Positions 51,101-62,092 are shown, numbered from the stretch's first letter. The stretch is DNA of 64,000 nt from an uncultured Solirubrobacterales bacterium (GCA_963695965.1 CAVOIU010000031.1:41341-105340); one strand, 5' to 3'. The notes: a model not told the origin generated them from the letters alone. Translations and numbers: made by a program.

Positions 51101-51747
51101 TCAGCCGGCGATCGGCGCCGGGCAACTGACTCCCGTTCCGCCCAGCCCGCAATAGCCCGCAGGGTTCTTGTAGAGGTACTGCTGGTGGTAGTCCTCGGCG
51201 TAGTAGAACGGACCGGCCGGCTCGATCTCGGTCGTGATCTCGCCGTGGCCGGCCTCGCGGAGCCGTTGCGCATAGAGCGAGCGCGAAGCCTCGGCCGCCG
51301 CGTCTCCTCCTCGCCCGTCCAATAGATCGCGGACCTGTACTGGGTGCCCATGTCGTTTCCCTGGCGCATCCCCTGCGTGGGATCGTGGTTCTCCCAGAAC
51401 AGCCGAAGCATCTCGTCGTAGGAGGTGACCGCCGGGTCGAACACGACCAGCACCGCCTCTGTGTGCCCGGTGCGGCCGCTGCAGACCTCCTCGTAGGTCG
51501 GATTGGGGGTGAACCCGCCCGCATATCCCACCGCGGTCGTGTAGACGCCGGGTGCCTGCCAGAACACCCGCTCTGCGCCCCAGAAGCAACCCATGCCGAA
51601 CTCGGCACGCTCGTAGCCGTCAGGGAACGGCGGCTTCAGCGGCGACCCGAGCACCGCGTGGCGCTCCGGCACCGGCATCTCCTCGGCCCGTCCGGGCAGC
51701 GCCTCGTCGGCGCTGATCATCGCCGTCTTGGTTCGGTTCCAGAGCAT
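51101..51747 (-). CDS. msrA: Peptide methionine sulfoxide reductase A (frameshift near 51310)
   Basis: [24 protein letters not shown] and [12 protein letters not shown]. Confidence 0.93.
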
Positions 51748-51793
51748 GCCTAAAGCTTAGCCCGCGCCGAGCGCGAGTCCGGGCCGTGACGGC

Positions 51794-52744
51794 CTACAGC
51801 ACGAGCGTGCGGTGGCGCAGCGCGCCGCGCGCGATCGCCCAGCACTCGACCGTGTCGAGCAAGATCAGAAACGGGATCGCCGACGCCCCTGCGCCCGCCG
51901 TTCGCGCTCGCTTGCGCAGCTCGATCAGGTGCAGGGTGACGATCATCCTGCGAAGCCATCCGGGAGCCAGCAGCCCGGCCAGCGACCGCCACAGCAGGTA
52001 GTGCCAGACGTTCCAGAAGACTCCGCGATAGAGCATCGAGCGGGTCCCGGGGTGGTCGCGGTACACCCGCACCGCGGCGCTCCATCGGCCGGCGTGCGCG
52101 AGCGCCTGGCGGACGGTCAGCCGCTCGACCGCGTGGAATATGACCGCGTCGGGTGCGTAGACCGCGGTGGCGCCCGATCCCAGAGCTCTCCAGGCGAGGT
52201 CCGTGTCCTCCGCGGCGGGCCGCGGTCCGAAGCGCTCGTCGAATCCGCCGAGGCGCTCGAGCAAGCCGCGGGGGTAGAAGATGTTGCAGGTTTCGTACTG
52301 GGGGCCGAGTGACTCGACCCTCACCGTGTACGAGTGCACGCCCGAGTCCGCGAGCTCTCGCGGGTCCGGGACCGTCCTGCCTTGAACGATCGAGCCGGGC
52401 GCCCGTCGCCACCCCGCGACCCCGGCGAGGAGCCAATCCGCAGCCGGATCGCAATCATCGTCGGTGAACGCGATCAGCTGCCCCCGAGCGGCTCTCCAGC
52501 CCGCGTTGCGGGCCGCCGCCGGCCCCAGCGGCTCCCCGTGCCGGATCACGCGGAGCTGAAGCTCGGGCTTCCCTTCCCAAGCCGCCAGCAGCCGACGGGT
52601 CTCCGCGGTCGATCCATCGTCGACCACGATCACCTCGAAACGCTCGCGCTCGAGCCTCTGCGAGCGCAGGCCCTCAAGCAGACGGCTGAGCCGGGCGGGC
52701 CGGTTGTGCGTGGGCACCACTACTGACACCAGTGGCTCCGGCAC
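51794..52744 (-). CDS. Glycosyltransferase family 2
   Basis: VSVVVPTHNR, VDDGS, FTDDD and EDTDLAWR. Confidence 0.9.
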   Translation of the reverse strand: MPEPLVSVVVPTHNRPARLSRLLEGLRSQRLERERFEVIVVDDGSTAETRRLLAAWEGKPELQLRVIRHGEPLGPAAARNAGWRAARGQLIAFTDDDCDPAADWLLAGVAGWRRAPGSIVQGRTVPDPRELADSGVHSYTVRVESLGPQYETCNIFYPRGLLERLGGFDERFGPRPAAEDTDLAWRALGSGATAVYAPDAVIFHAVERLTVRQALAHAGRWSAAVRVYRDHPGTRSMLYRGVFWNVWHYLLWRSLAGLLAPGWLRRMIVTLHLIELRKRARTAGAGASAIPFLILLDTVECWAIARGALRHRTLVL

Positions 52745-52832
52745 CTGGCGGATTGTAGGCCGAGGGGCGGGGTCGAAAGCCCGCTCGCGTGCCGGATCGG
52801 AAGCCGGTTAGGGGGCTAGATTGTGGGGCGCG

Positions 52833-53681
52833 ATGCCCAATTCGCCATCGACCCCGCGCAATCTCGTGATCGTCGTGCTCGACAGCCTTCGGTACGACAG
52901 CTGGCTCGCCGCGCCACCCGCTTCGCTCGCCGAGCTTGGAGAGGTAGAGCGACGCTGGAGCTACGCCTCGTGGACCGCACCTTCTCACTACAACCTGATG
53001 ATGGGACTGATGCCCCACTCGAGCCCTTCGCACGTGTATGCGTCGGAGTACTACAAGCGCGACTTCCTGCGCTACGCAGACCGGCTGGGGTTGCCCGACA
53101 TGGAGTTCAAGCGGCTGCTGCCGTCGATCTTCCTACCCACCTACCTCAAGCGGACGCTCGGCTACCGCACCCACGCGCGGGTATCGATGCCGGTGCTGAA
53201 CCCCTACACCCCGCTCAACCGCGACTTCGACTCCTACGAGCTGATGCCGCAGCACAACGACATGGCCGCGATCGTCGAACAGCTGAGCTTCGAGGAGGAA
53301 AGGCCGTCGTTCTGGTTGCTGAACGTGGGGGAGACCCACTATCCGTACTCGGTCCCGGGGCAGGACGCGTCGGATCTGCCGCACATCTCCGGGGTGCATG
53401 GCGTGTTCCGGCAATTGGACGAGATCCGCCGCGGCGGCGACGAGGCCGCTGAGTTCTTCGACGAGTCACGCCTTCGCTGGCTGCACGAGCGCCAGGTCGC
53501 CGCGCTCGAGTACCTCGACCGGGTGTTCGCGACGTTGCTGGAGCGCCTTCCAGCCGGCACGTGGCTGATCGTGACCTCGGATCACGGGGAGCTGTTCGGA
53601 GAGGACGGCTACTTTGGGCACGGCCCGATCGCGCACGAGAAGGTGCTCGAGGTGCCGTTTGTCGAAGGTCTCGTGGGCTGA
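52833..53681 (+). CDS. Sulfatase/alkaline-phosphatase superfamily protein
   Basis: VLDSLRYD, ASWTAPSH, ETHYPY and TSDHGE...GHG. Confidence 0.82.
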   Translation: MPNSPSTPRNLVIVVLDSLRYDSWLAAPPASLAELGEVERRWSYASWTAPSHYNLMMGLMPHSSPSHVYASEYYKRDFLRYADRLGLPDMEFKRLLPSIFLPTYLKRTLGYRTHARVSMPVLNPYTPLNRDFDSYELMPQHNDMAAIVEQLSFEEERPSFWLLNVGETHYPYSVPGQDASDLPHISGVHGVFRQLDEIRRGGDEAAEFFDESRLRWLHERQVAALEYLDRVFATLLERLPAGTWLIVTSDHGELFGEDGYFGHGPIAHEKVLEVPFVEGLVG

Positions 53682-53684
53682 GCG

Positions 53685-55113
53685 CTACAGGTATCCGAGC
53701 AGCTTCATCTGCCGCTCGAGCGCGGCGAGCTCCTCGGGCCCAGGCGCCTGGTACCCCGCCGACGGGACCGCCCCGTCCCCGTCGGCCGTGGCAGCGACGG
53801 CGGCCGCGCGAAGCGCCGCGATCGCGTGGTCACCTCGATCGGGGTCGATCGGCGAGCGCTCGTCGGGATCGCGCTCCAGGTCATAGATCATCTCCGCGCC
53901 GTCGCGGATGACCAGCTTGAACCGCCCGTCGGTGGCCGCCGTGAGGGTGGGAGTCAGGCGGCGCACGGCTTGATCGGAGAGCCTCCAGCGCTGGGTGAAC
54001 CCCTGCACCCGTCGGTCATCTGCAGAGCCCATCGGGTCGTACTGGGCCACAGCGATCCCGACCGGAGGCCGATCGGCTCGCCAGGGATGCTCCTCGAGCC
54101 CGCAGGCCTCGGCTATGTGGCCCGGGAGGCGTGCCAGGCTGACCACTCGATCCTCCGTCAGGGTCCCTGGACCGGCGGACACGAACGGCACGTGGATGAG
54201 CCGCTCGTCAAGCGAGAACCCATGAGCGATCAGCCCGTCCTCTCCGAGGTTCTCGCCGTGGTCGGAGGTGACGATCACGAGCGTCTGCTCGAGCATGCCC
54301 TTGCGATCGAGGGCGTCCAGGATCCCGGCGAGCCAGCTGTCCATGTAGGAGACGGCTCTGCGGTAGAGGTGACGCATCCGCTCGAGCGCCTGCGCGGGGA
54401 TCTGCAGATGGCCCGCGACGGCCAGACAGATCGCCTCGAAGCTGAGGAACCTCCGTGCCTCGCTCGCCGCCCGCAGCCGTCCCGGCGCCGGCAGGTCGTT
54501 CCACGGCCGTGGCGGCAGGTAGGGCGAGTGGCACTCGGTGAGGTTCACGAACCAGAACGTCGGCTGCCCGGACCAGTCGTCGATCGAGTCGCGGAGGCGT
54601 CTGCCGACTTCGGCCGCCCCGGCGTCGACATTGGCCAGCAGCCCGTCGAGCCCCCACGCGAGCCTCGTCCGCAGATCTCCCTGCCCCAGCGCGCCCAACC
54701 GGCGCGCACGATCGCCGGGGACGTAGTCGAAGCGCTCAAAGCCGAGGTCGAAGCCGACCGAGGGCGAGATCCACAGGTTCGAGCTGTAGGCACGAGTCGC
54801 GTACCCGTGGCGCCGCAGCACCTCGGCCAGCAGCCGGTCAGACACGCCGGCCAGAACCGGCTGAACGCTGTGCGCGGTGCTCTGCGGCGGCTGGCTGAGT
54901 CCGAGGGCTCGCGGAAGCAGCCCGGCGAACATCGACGCGTGGGACGCCAACGTCCAGCTGCCCGTCGCGTACGCGCGTTGTGCGGCGTGTCCTCTGCGGG
55001 CAAGCTGGGCGATCGCGGGGGTCGCGCCCGAAGGGGCTCCGTAGGGCTCCACGGCGTCGCGCCGGGCTGCATGGAGCACCACTAACAGGACGTTCGGCTT
55101 CGCCGCTGGCCAA
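53685..55113 (-). CDS. Sulfatase-like hydrolase/transferase (start uncertain, possible 5' frameshift)
   Basis: KPNVLLVV, SWTLASHASMF, ECHSPY, TSDHGENLGE and YDLERDPDE. Confidence 0.82.
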
Positions 55114-55148
55114 GCGTAACCGGGGCTACCGTCTACGATCGCCCCCGC

Positions 55149-56687
55149 GTGACGGACGCAGTCTCCGATTCCGAGCGGCGCCTCGAGCCCCGGGGCGAAT
55201 CGATCACAGCTAGGAGCATCGACACCCAAGGCGTGTCGCTTCGAGCGTTCACGGCACGGGGCGTTCTGATCAACGCGGTCTTCGACGTGGGTCTGACGTG
55301 CTTGGCGTTGATCCAGGGTCTGTTGATGGCCGGCCTCTTGACGCGCGCCGACTACGGCGTCTGGGGGGTGCTGGTCGTGTCGCTCGGCGTGCTGGCGCGC
55401 CTGAAGGTCGTCGGCATCAGCGACAAGTACCTCCAGCAGGACGAACCCGATCAGGAGCTCGCGTTTCAGAAGGCGTTCACCCTCGAGGTGCTGATGACCG
55501 CGGCGGCGATCGTCCCGCTGACTCTGGCGCTTCCTGTGATCGCGGTCGTGTATGGCCATTGGAGCCTGGTGCCGCCGGGCATCGCCCTGATCACCGTCCT
55601 CGCGGCGGACGCGCTCCAGGCGCCGTTCTGGATCTACTACCGGCGGATGAACTTCGCTCGCCAGCGCGCGCTGCAGGCGATCGAGCCGATTGTCGGTTTC
55701 GTGGTGGCCGTCGGACTTGCGATCGCGGGCGCGGGTTACTGGGCACTGGCGGGGGGCGTGGTCGCAGGGGCGTGGGCCGGGGCCGTCGCCGCGATTGCCA
55801 CGTCTCCTTACCGGCTTGCGTGGCGCTACGACCGCGCGGCCCTGCGGATCTACAGCTCCTACTCCGTGCCGATCTTCATCGCGACCGCCTGCAGCGTGAT
55901 CCTGGCCAACGCGACTGTGATCGCAAGCAACGTCAAGCTCGGCCTGGCCGGCGTGGGGGCGGTGGCCCTGGCCGGGACCATCACTGTGTTCACCAGCAAG
56001 CTCGACGATCTCGTGAGCGGAACCTTGTATCCGGTGATCTGTGCGGTGCAGAGCCGGATCGACCTGCTGTACGAGTCGTTCGTTAAGTCCAACCGGCTGG
56101 CGCTGATCTGGGCGATGCCGTTCGGGCTCGGCCTGATGCTGTTCGCGGCCGATCTCGTCCATTTCGGGATCGGGGAGAAATGGAAGCCGGCGATCGGGCT
56201 GCTGCAGGTCACGGGTGTCGTGGCCGCGATCAGCCAGATCGGGTTCAACTGGGATGACTATTTCCGAGCCCGGGGTCGGACTGTTCCGATCGCCGTCGCA
56301 GCCGTCGCCTCGACGCTCGCCCTGCTGGGTGTGGGGCTTCCTCTGCTGTTCAGTGACGGCCTCACCGGCCTGGCCATCGGCATCGCTGCCGGTGCCGTCG
56401 TACAGCTGGGGTTCCGGGCGTGGTATCTCGGCCAGATGTTCGAGGGCTTCATGTTCTTCCGGCATGCGCTCCGGGCGTTGCTGCCCGTCGTGCCCGCGAT
56501 CGGAGTCGTGTTGCTGATCCGCCTGGCCGAGAGCGGCCCCCGAACGCTCGCGATGGCTATCGGCGAGCTGGTGGCGTTCGTGCTGGTGGTGCTGGCCTCC
56601 ACGTGGCTCGTCGAGGGCCCGCTCGTGCGCGAGGCTGCCGGTTACGTCGGCCGCCGGGCCATCGTGCGCGCGCCCGTCGCCGGCTAG
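55149..56687 (+). CDS. Oligosaccharide flippase (Wzx/MOP family)
   Basis: Polytopic membrane protein with LLTRADYG and GEKW motifs, inside a glycosyltransferase cluster. Confidence 0.85.
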   Translation: MTDAVSDSERRLEPRGESITARSIDTQGVSLRAFTARGVLINAVFDVGLTCLALIQGLLMAGLLTRADYGVWGVLVVSLGVLARLKVVGISDKYLQQDEPDQELAFQKAFTLEVLMTAAAIVPLTLALPVIAVVYGHWSLVPPGIALITVLAADALQAPFWIYYRRMNFARQRALQAIEPIVGFVVAVGLAIAGAGYWALAGGVVAGAWAGAVAAIATSPYRLAWRYDRAALRIYSSYSVPIFIATACSVILANATVIASNVKLGLAGVGAVALAGTITVFTSKLDDLVSGTLYPVICAVQSRIDLLYESFVKSNRLALIWAMPFGLGLMLFAADLVHFGIGEKWKPAIGLLQVTGVVAAISQIGFNWDDYFRARGRTVPIAVAAVASTLALLGVGLPLLFSDGLTGLAIGIAAGAVVQLGFRAWYLGQMFEGFMFFRHALRALLPVVPAIGVVLLIRLAESGPRTLAMAIGELVAFVLVVLASTWLVEGPLVREAAGYVGRRAIVRAPVAG

Positions 56688-56706
56688 GACCCCGGATAAT
56701 CCCGGC

Positions 56707-57672
56707 GTGCCCGCCCCGGAGCTGTCGGTCGTCGTCGCGTCTCACGATCGGCCCTTGCGGCTGCGGTGGCTGCTGAACGCGCTCGACCGGCAGACACTGG
56801 AGCACGGCCGCTGGGAGGTCGTCGTCTGTCACGACTCGACGGGCTCGGCGACCGACCGGCTGCTCAGCGCCCATCCCTTGGCCGCCGCCGAGGTGCTTCG
56901 TTGGACCAGCCTCCCGGCCGGCACTGCGCCTCCCGGTGCGAATCGCAACCGGGCGCTGGCGCTGGCCCGTGCGCCCGTCGTCGTCTTCACCGACGATGAC
57001 TGCCGGCCACCGGAGCGATGGCTGGAGAACGTGCTGAGGGCGGCGCGCGAACATCCGGGAGCGATCGTGCAGGGCCCGATCGAAGGCGACCCCGACGAGG
57101 CGGTGATCCGCCGGGCGCCGTTCCCGCACACCCTGTCCTTCTCGAACGTTCCGCGACCCTGGGCCGAGTGCTGCAACATCGTCTATCCCCGCGAGCTGGT
57201 CGATCAGGTCGGTGGCTTCGTCGAGGATTTGAGAGTCGGCGAGGACACCGACCTGAACCTGAGGGCGCGAGCAACCGGCGCGAGCTACGCCGGCGACGCG
57301 GGGATGGGCACGTTTCACGCGATCGAGGAGGCTTCGCTGCGCGATTGGGTCAGGCGGGCTGGGCGGTGGGGGGACCTCGTATTGCTGCTGCAGCGACATC
57401 CGGAGCTCCGTCGCGAGCTCGCGCTCGGGATCTTCTGGAAGCGAGAGCACGGCTTCGTGCTGCTCGCGCTGGCGGGGGTCGCCGGAGCGCGCCGCAGGCG
57501 AGCCTCGGCCTGGCTGTGCCTGCCATTGGCGCTCAGCCACGCAACGCACGCGGGCGGGCTGCGCGGTCGCGTGCGTCAGGTGCTCGAGCTCCCGGGCTGG
57601 GCACTGATCGACCTGGCGGAGCTCGCCGCATTGCTGACATCCAGCCTCCGCCACGGCACGCTGGTGCTCTGA
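56707..57672 (+). CDS. Glycosyltransferase family 2
   Basis: LSVVVASHDR, FTDDD and GEDTDL. Paralogous to 51794-52744. Confidence 0.9.
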   Translation: MPAPELSVVVASHDRPLRLRWLLNALDRQTLEHGRWEVVVCHDSTGSATDRLLSAHPLAAAEVLRWTSLPAGTAPPGANRNRALALARAPVVVFTDDDCRPPERWLENVLRAAREHPGAIVQGPIEGDPDEAVIRRAPFPHTLSFSNVPRPWAECCNIVYPRELVDQVGGFVEDLRVGEDTDLNLRARATGASYAGDAGMGTFHAIEEASLRDWVRRAGRWGDLVLLLQRHPELRRELALGIFWKREHGFVLLALAGVAGARRRRASAWLCLPLALSHATHAGGLRGRVRQVLELPGWALIDLAELAALLTSSLRHGTLVL

Positions 57673-57685
57673 AGGGAGCGGGACC

Positions 57686-58786
57686 GTGCGAGTTGCGCTG
57701 CTCAGCCCATGCTTCTGGCCGGAGGTCCGGCGAGGAACCGAACGGTTCGTACGGGAGCTGGCCGATGGGTTGATCCGCCGCGAGCATCAGCCGGAGCTGA
57801 TCACCAGCCACAACCACCTGCCGAGCCGTCGGATCGAGGACGGGCTGCCGGTGCTGCGCCTTCCACGCCCGCCCCAGCGACGTCTCCTACGCCGGGGGTA
57901 CGAGCCCTACCTGACCCACGTTCCGCTCAGCTACATCGCGCTTCGGGCGGGCGGCTACGACTTGGCGCACGCCGTGTACCCGGCGGACGCGCTGGCGGCC
58001 GCGCGGTGGCGCGCGCGGACCGGAAGCCCCGCGGTGCTCTCGTACATGGGCATTCCCGACCGGACCGGGTTGAGGGAGTTCCGCAAGCGGCTGGACATCC
58101 TGCTTCGGGCGGTCGACGGATGTGACGCGGTCGTTGCCCTCAGTCGGTATGCGGCGGAGGCGTTTCGCTACTGGCTTGGGTACGACCCCCGGGTGATCGC
58201 CCCAGGGGTCGATTTGACCGCGTTCCGCCCGCTGGCCGACCGGCATCCGGTGCCGACGATCGTGTGCAGCGCCGACGCGCTGGAGCCGCGCAAGCACGTC
58301 GGGCTCCTGATCGAGTCGCTCGGGCTTGTCCGGCAGGAGCTCCCCGGAGTGCGGCTGGTGCTCTCGCGGCCGGGGGACCTGGGGCGGGCCCGCCGAGCGG
58401 GGCTCGACGTCGACGCGCCCGGGGTCGAATGGAAGGGGCTCGACGACCGGAGCGCGCTCGCCCGCGCTTACGGCGAGGCCTGGGTTGCGGCGCTTCCGTC
58501 CTCCTCTGAGGCGTTCGGCCTGGTGCTCGCCGAGGCGCTGGCCTGCGGCACGCCGGTCGTCGGCTACCGAGACGGAGCGATACCCGAGCTGGTCGACCGA
58601 CCCGAGCTCGGACGCGTGTTTGATCGGCTGGAGCCGGATGCGCTCGCGCGGTCGTTGCTCGAAGCGATCGAGCTCGCGCGCCGACCGGAGACCCGCGAGG
58701 AGTGCCGCCGGCACGCGGAGCGGTACTCGAGCGAGCGCTGCAGCGAACGTTACGCGGAGCTATACCGCGAGCTCGCTGGAAGCTGA
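57686..58786 (+). CDS. Glycosyltransferase family 4
   Basis: RRGTER and EAFGLVLAEALACGTPVV. Confidence 0.9.
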   Translation: MRVALLSPCFWPEVRRGTERFVRELADGLIRREHQPELITSHNHLPSRRIEDGLPVLRLPRPPQRRLLRRGYEPYLTHVPLSYIALRAGGYDLAHAVYPADALAAARWRARTGSPAVLSYMGIPDRTGLREFRKRLDILLRAVDGCDAVVALSRYAAEAFRYWLGYDPRVIAPGVDLTAFRPLADRHPVPTIVCSADALEPRKHVGLLIESLGLVRQELPGVRLVLSRPGDLGRARRAGLDVDAPGVEWKGLDDRSALARAYGEAWVAALPSSSEAFGLVLAEALACGTPVVGYRDGAIPELVDRPELGRVFDRLEPDALARSLLEAIELARRPETREECRRHAERYSSERCSERYAELYRELAGS

Positions 58787-59686
58787 GCCTGGTCGGTGCC
58801 CACCTTCTCGATCCAGAAGCCGCTCGGCGCCATCTCGGCCGTGAGCTCGGGCACCAGGGGCCTCAGCCGCTCCAGCTGGGTACGGGCCGGCGCGTGGTTG
58901 GCCAGCAGGACGCGGAACTCCGGGTTGTAGGCGAGGAACGCCTGCAGCAGATACTGCTCCTGCCAATGCTTGTTGAACTCGTCGTACAACGCCCTGGGGT
59001 ACTCGAACGGCCGGAAGATGTCGTGGAAATGGACGAGCACCCCGCCGGCGAGTGCCGGCAGCGCCTCGAGCACGAGGCGCACGACGTCGTTGGCGGGCTT
59101 CACGACGTGCGTTGTGTCGACGAACAGCAGGTCGCCGCGCTGAAGCTCTGAAAGCTCGGCGAGCGTGGCGTCGGTGACGGTCGACCGCCGGTGATCGATC
59201 CCCTGGAGGCCGCCGATCAGTGGCGAGGGGAACGGGTCGATCACGGTGTGAACGAGCGGGGCCTCCGTCGCGTGCGTTGCGGATCGCGGCGCTCCTGATC
59301 GTGAGCGTCGAGAATCCGGAGCCGAGCTCCACCACGCGGGGTGGTCGGCGTTGGCGGACGATGGCGTACAGCACGTTGGCGTCGAGCGGGCCGTAGAACC
59401 CGTTCACCAGGTAGAAGCCGCGCTCGTCGCCAGGAGGATGCAGGGGTGGGCTCCACTCGGCGAGATACGCCGCGAATGAGTTCTCCAGCAGGTCGAGCTG
59501 TGCGCTCAGGCGAAGCTCGATCCCGGGCAGCGGGGATTGCCGCGTGAAGGTCGACTCGGGAAGTGCCTCGGGGTCCACGATCGGGCTGTAGTAGTCCGCC
59601 CGCACCAGATGCCAGCCCAGCGACCGGGCAAGGCCTGGCGATGGGCTCGATGTGCTCGAGCGCTCCCGAGACGATCGTCGCGCCAC
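58750..59686 (-). CDS. Class I SAM methyltransferase (Methyltransf_24-like; frameshift near 59250)
   Basis: DYYSPI, VELGSGFST, LFVDTTH, HFHDIF and WQEQYLL. Confidence 0.8.
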
Positions 59687-59739
59687 CGGGGAGTGATGAT
59701 ATGCGCGCCGCTTCGCCCCCCGACGCTACGATCCCGACG

Positions 59740-60531
59740 ATGGCCACGCGAGCGCCGCGGGCGGCGGCGGTTGAGGGAGCGAGCGACGAGCTGGAGGCCG
59801 CTCGCGAGGTGATCGGGCGAAACGACGCCTGGTACCACACGCTCGAGCTGGCGCCGGGCGTCCTGACCCCCGGCAGGATCGACTTGCGCAAGGTGGCGGG
59901 AAAGCTGCTGCCGGACAGCCTCTCCGGGATGCGGGCGCTCGACGTGGGCACGTTCGACGGGTTCTGGGCGTTTGAGCTCGAGAAGCGGGGCGCGGAGGTC
60001 GTGGCGATCGACCTCGACGCGGTCGCGGCCGCCCAGCTGCCACCAAACAACAGGGCCGAGCTGGAGGACACGGCCAAGGACCTACGCATCGAGCTCGGAC
60101 ACGGCTTCAAGCTGGCCTCGGCGCACCTGCGCTCCGACGCTCGGCTGGTGAGCTGCGACGTGCTCGAGCTGACGACGGAGAAGATCGGCGGGCCGGTAGA
60201 CATCGCGTTCATGGGCGCGCTGCTGGTTCACCTCCGAGATCCCGTCCGCGCGCTGGAGCGAATCCATGCCACGCTCGTGCACGGCGGCCGGCTGCTCCAG
60301 CTCGAGGGCGTCTCGTTGCGTCTGTCGCTTCTTCACCCGCGCCAGCCGGTCGCCCATCTGCAGACGCTCGATACCCAGTTCAACTGGTGGTACCCCAACC
60401 GCGCGGCGCTGAAGGCATGGCTTCGGACGGCCGGGTTCGCCGAGATCACCGATCTCGGGCTCTACCGCCCACCGCAGCGACGGCCGATGGCCGACTGGTA
60501 CCGCGGGCTCGGCTCGCGACGCCCGCGCTGA
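59740..60531 (+). CDS. SAM-dependent methyltransferase (CmoB/DUF1698-like)
   Basis: WYHTLELAPGVLTPG, LDVGTFDGFWAFE and LLVHLRDP. Confidence 0.85.
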   Translation: MATRAPRAAAVEGASDELEAAREVIGRNDAWYHTLELAPGVLTPGRIDLRKVAGKLLPDSLSGMRALDVGTFDGFWAFELEKRGAEVVAIDLDAVAAAQLPPNNRAELEDTAKDLRIELGHGFKLASAHLRSDARLVSCDVLELTTEKIGGPVDIAFMGALLVHLRDPVRALERIHATLVHGGRLLQLEGVSLRLSLLHPRQPVAHLQTLDTQFNWWYPNRAALKAWLRTAGFAEITDLGLYRPPQRRPMADWYRGLGSRRPR

Positions 60532-60544
60532 GGCGACCGGCCGC

Positions 60545-61342
60545 GTGGGCACCGTGTCCGAGCAGGTCGGCTCGATCGACTGGTACCACACGCTCGAGCT
60601 GGGTCCTGGGGTCGTAACTCCCGGCTGGCTGGATCACCGCGCGGTCGTTGACAAGGTCCCGCTGCCCGTCTCCCTGAAGGGGCTGCGCTGCTTGGACGTC
60701 GGCACGTTCAATGGCTTCTGGGCGTTCGAGATGGAGCGCCGCGGGGCGGCCGAGGTCGTCGCGGTCGACGTACTGGACCCGCGCGCGTGGGACTGGCCGG
60801 TCGGTAGCGAGCCCGCCGCCGTGGAGGCGATCGGACAGCGGCTTGCCGGGGGGCGAGGATTCGAGATCGCGCGTGAAGCGCTCGGCTCGCGGGTCCACAG
60901 GATCGACCGCACCGTCTACGAGCTCGACGGTCGGGAGCTCGGGCACTTCGACCTCGCATATGTGGGAAGCCTGCTCGTGCACCTGCGGGACCCGGTGCTG
61001 GCGCTCGAGCGGATACGGGCCGTCGCGAGCACGCTGGTGCTCGTGGACGGGGTTGACCTCCCGCAGACCCTCCGTCACCCGCGGCTCCCGGTCGCTCGGC
61101 TCGATGCGCGGGGGCGCCCATGGTGGTGGTACCCCAACCTGGCCGGACTCGCGCGCCTCGTCGAGGCCGGCGGCTTCGGCGTGATGCAGCGCCCACGACT
61201 CCTGTTCGTGCCATCGGGTGCGGGCCGGAGCACGCGGCGGATGGACCCCTTGGCCCTGCGCAGCCAGGAAGGGCGCGCCGGGCTGCTGGCCGCCTGGCTA
61301 GGCGATCCTCACGGCATGGTGCTCGCCCGCCGGGAGAAGTAA
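60545..61342 (+). CDS. SAM-dependent methyltransferase (CmoB/DUF1698-like)
   Basis: WYHTLELGPGVVTPG, LDVGTFNGFWAFE and LLVHLRDP. Confidence 0.85.
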   Translation: MGTVSEQVGSIDWYHTLELGPGVVTPGWLDHRAVVDKVPLPVSLKGLRCLDVGTFNGFWAFEMERRGAAEVVAVDVLDPRAWDWPVGSEPAAVEAIGQRLAGGRGFEIAREALGSRVHRIDRTVYELDGRELGHFDLAYVGSLLVHLRDPVLALERIRAVASTLVLVDGVDLPQTLRHPRLPVARLDARGRPWWWYPNLAGLARLVEAGGFGVMQRPRLLFVPSGAGRSTRRMDPLALRSQEGRAGLLAAWLGDPHGMVLARREK

Positions 61343-62070
61343 CGGGCTCGCAGTCCTCCGACGAGCAGCCGTCCCCGGTTCAGTACCAGCTCGAATCGCG
61401 TGGCATCACGGGGCTCGTAGATGACCAGATGCGAGCGCCGGTGCAGCACCCGATAGAAGTGGAGTCGACGCGCGGCGGCGTGCCGAACGAGGGCGTCGAC
61501 CGGCAATCGGTGATGGGTGTCCTGGTCCTCGGGGATCGGCTCCAGGAAGTTGACCTCCACGAGCCCGGCGCGTTGCTCGAGCGCCGCCAGCAGGGCGAAT
61601 GGATCCCTTACGTGCTCGATCACGTCGAGCGCGAACGCCGCGTCGAATCCGCCGGGGACGCCGACGTCGAGGTCGTGAACCGGTGCGTCGAGACCGCGTT
61701 GCTCCAGTCGCCACCGAAGGTACGCCGTGCTCGGATTGTCGAAGTCCGCGAACGCGACGTCATACCCGGCCTCGAGCAGCATCAGGCCGTCCGACCCGAT
61801 GCCGCACCCGTAGTCGAGCACGCGTGCGCCCGGCGGGACTCGCCGGATCAACTCGCGCAGGTACGGCAGCTTCGTGCCCGTCATCGCGAACGCGGTCAGG
61901 TTGTAGAGGTACGCGACGGAGGTGCGGTAGAAGCTCTGCTCGTCCTCGGCAGCCGCAAACTCGGCGGCGAGCTGGTGCTCGTAGAGCCAGAGCCGTTCGA
62001 GCTCGAAACGGTCTCCCAGATACTCGGCAAGCTCCGCTTGCTCGCGGTCGGGATCGAAGCGCAGGCGCAT
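61309..62070 (-). CDS. Class I SAM-dependent methyltransferase
   Basis: VLDYGCGIG and DVIEHVRDP. Confidence 0.85.
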   Translation of the reverse strand: MRLRFDPDREQAELAEYLGDRFELERLWLYEHQLAAEFAAAEDEQSFYRTSVAYLYNLTAFAMTGTKLPYLRELIRRVPPGARVLDYGCGIGSDGLMLLEAGYDVAFADFDNPSTAYLRWRLEQRGLDAPVHDLDVGVPGGFDAAFALDVIEHVRDPFALLAALEQRAGLVEVNFLEPIPEDQDTHHRLPVDALVRHAAARRLHFYRVLHRRSHLVIYEPRDATRFELVLNRGRLLVGGLRARYFSRRASTMP

Positions 62071-62092
62071 TGGCTGCTGCCATTCTTAGCCG

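Noticed and set aside
53685-56465. 926-aa ORF suggesting a large sulfatase fusion
   Set aside because: The N-terminal half is the antisense shadow of the flippase. The sulfatase domain begins near 55100.
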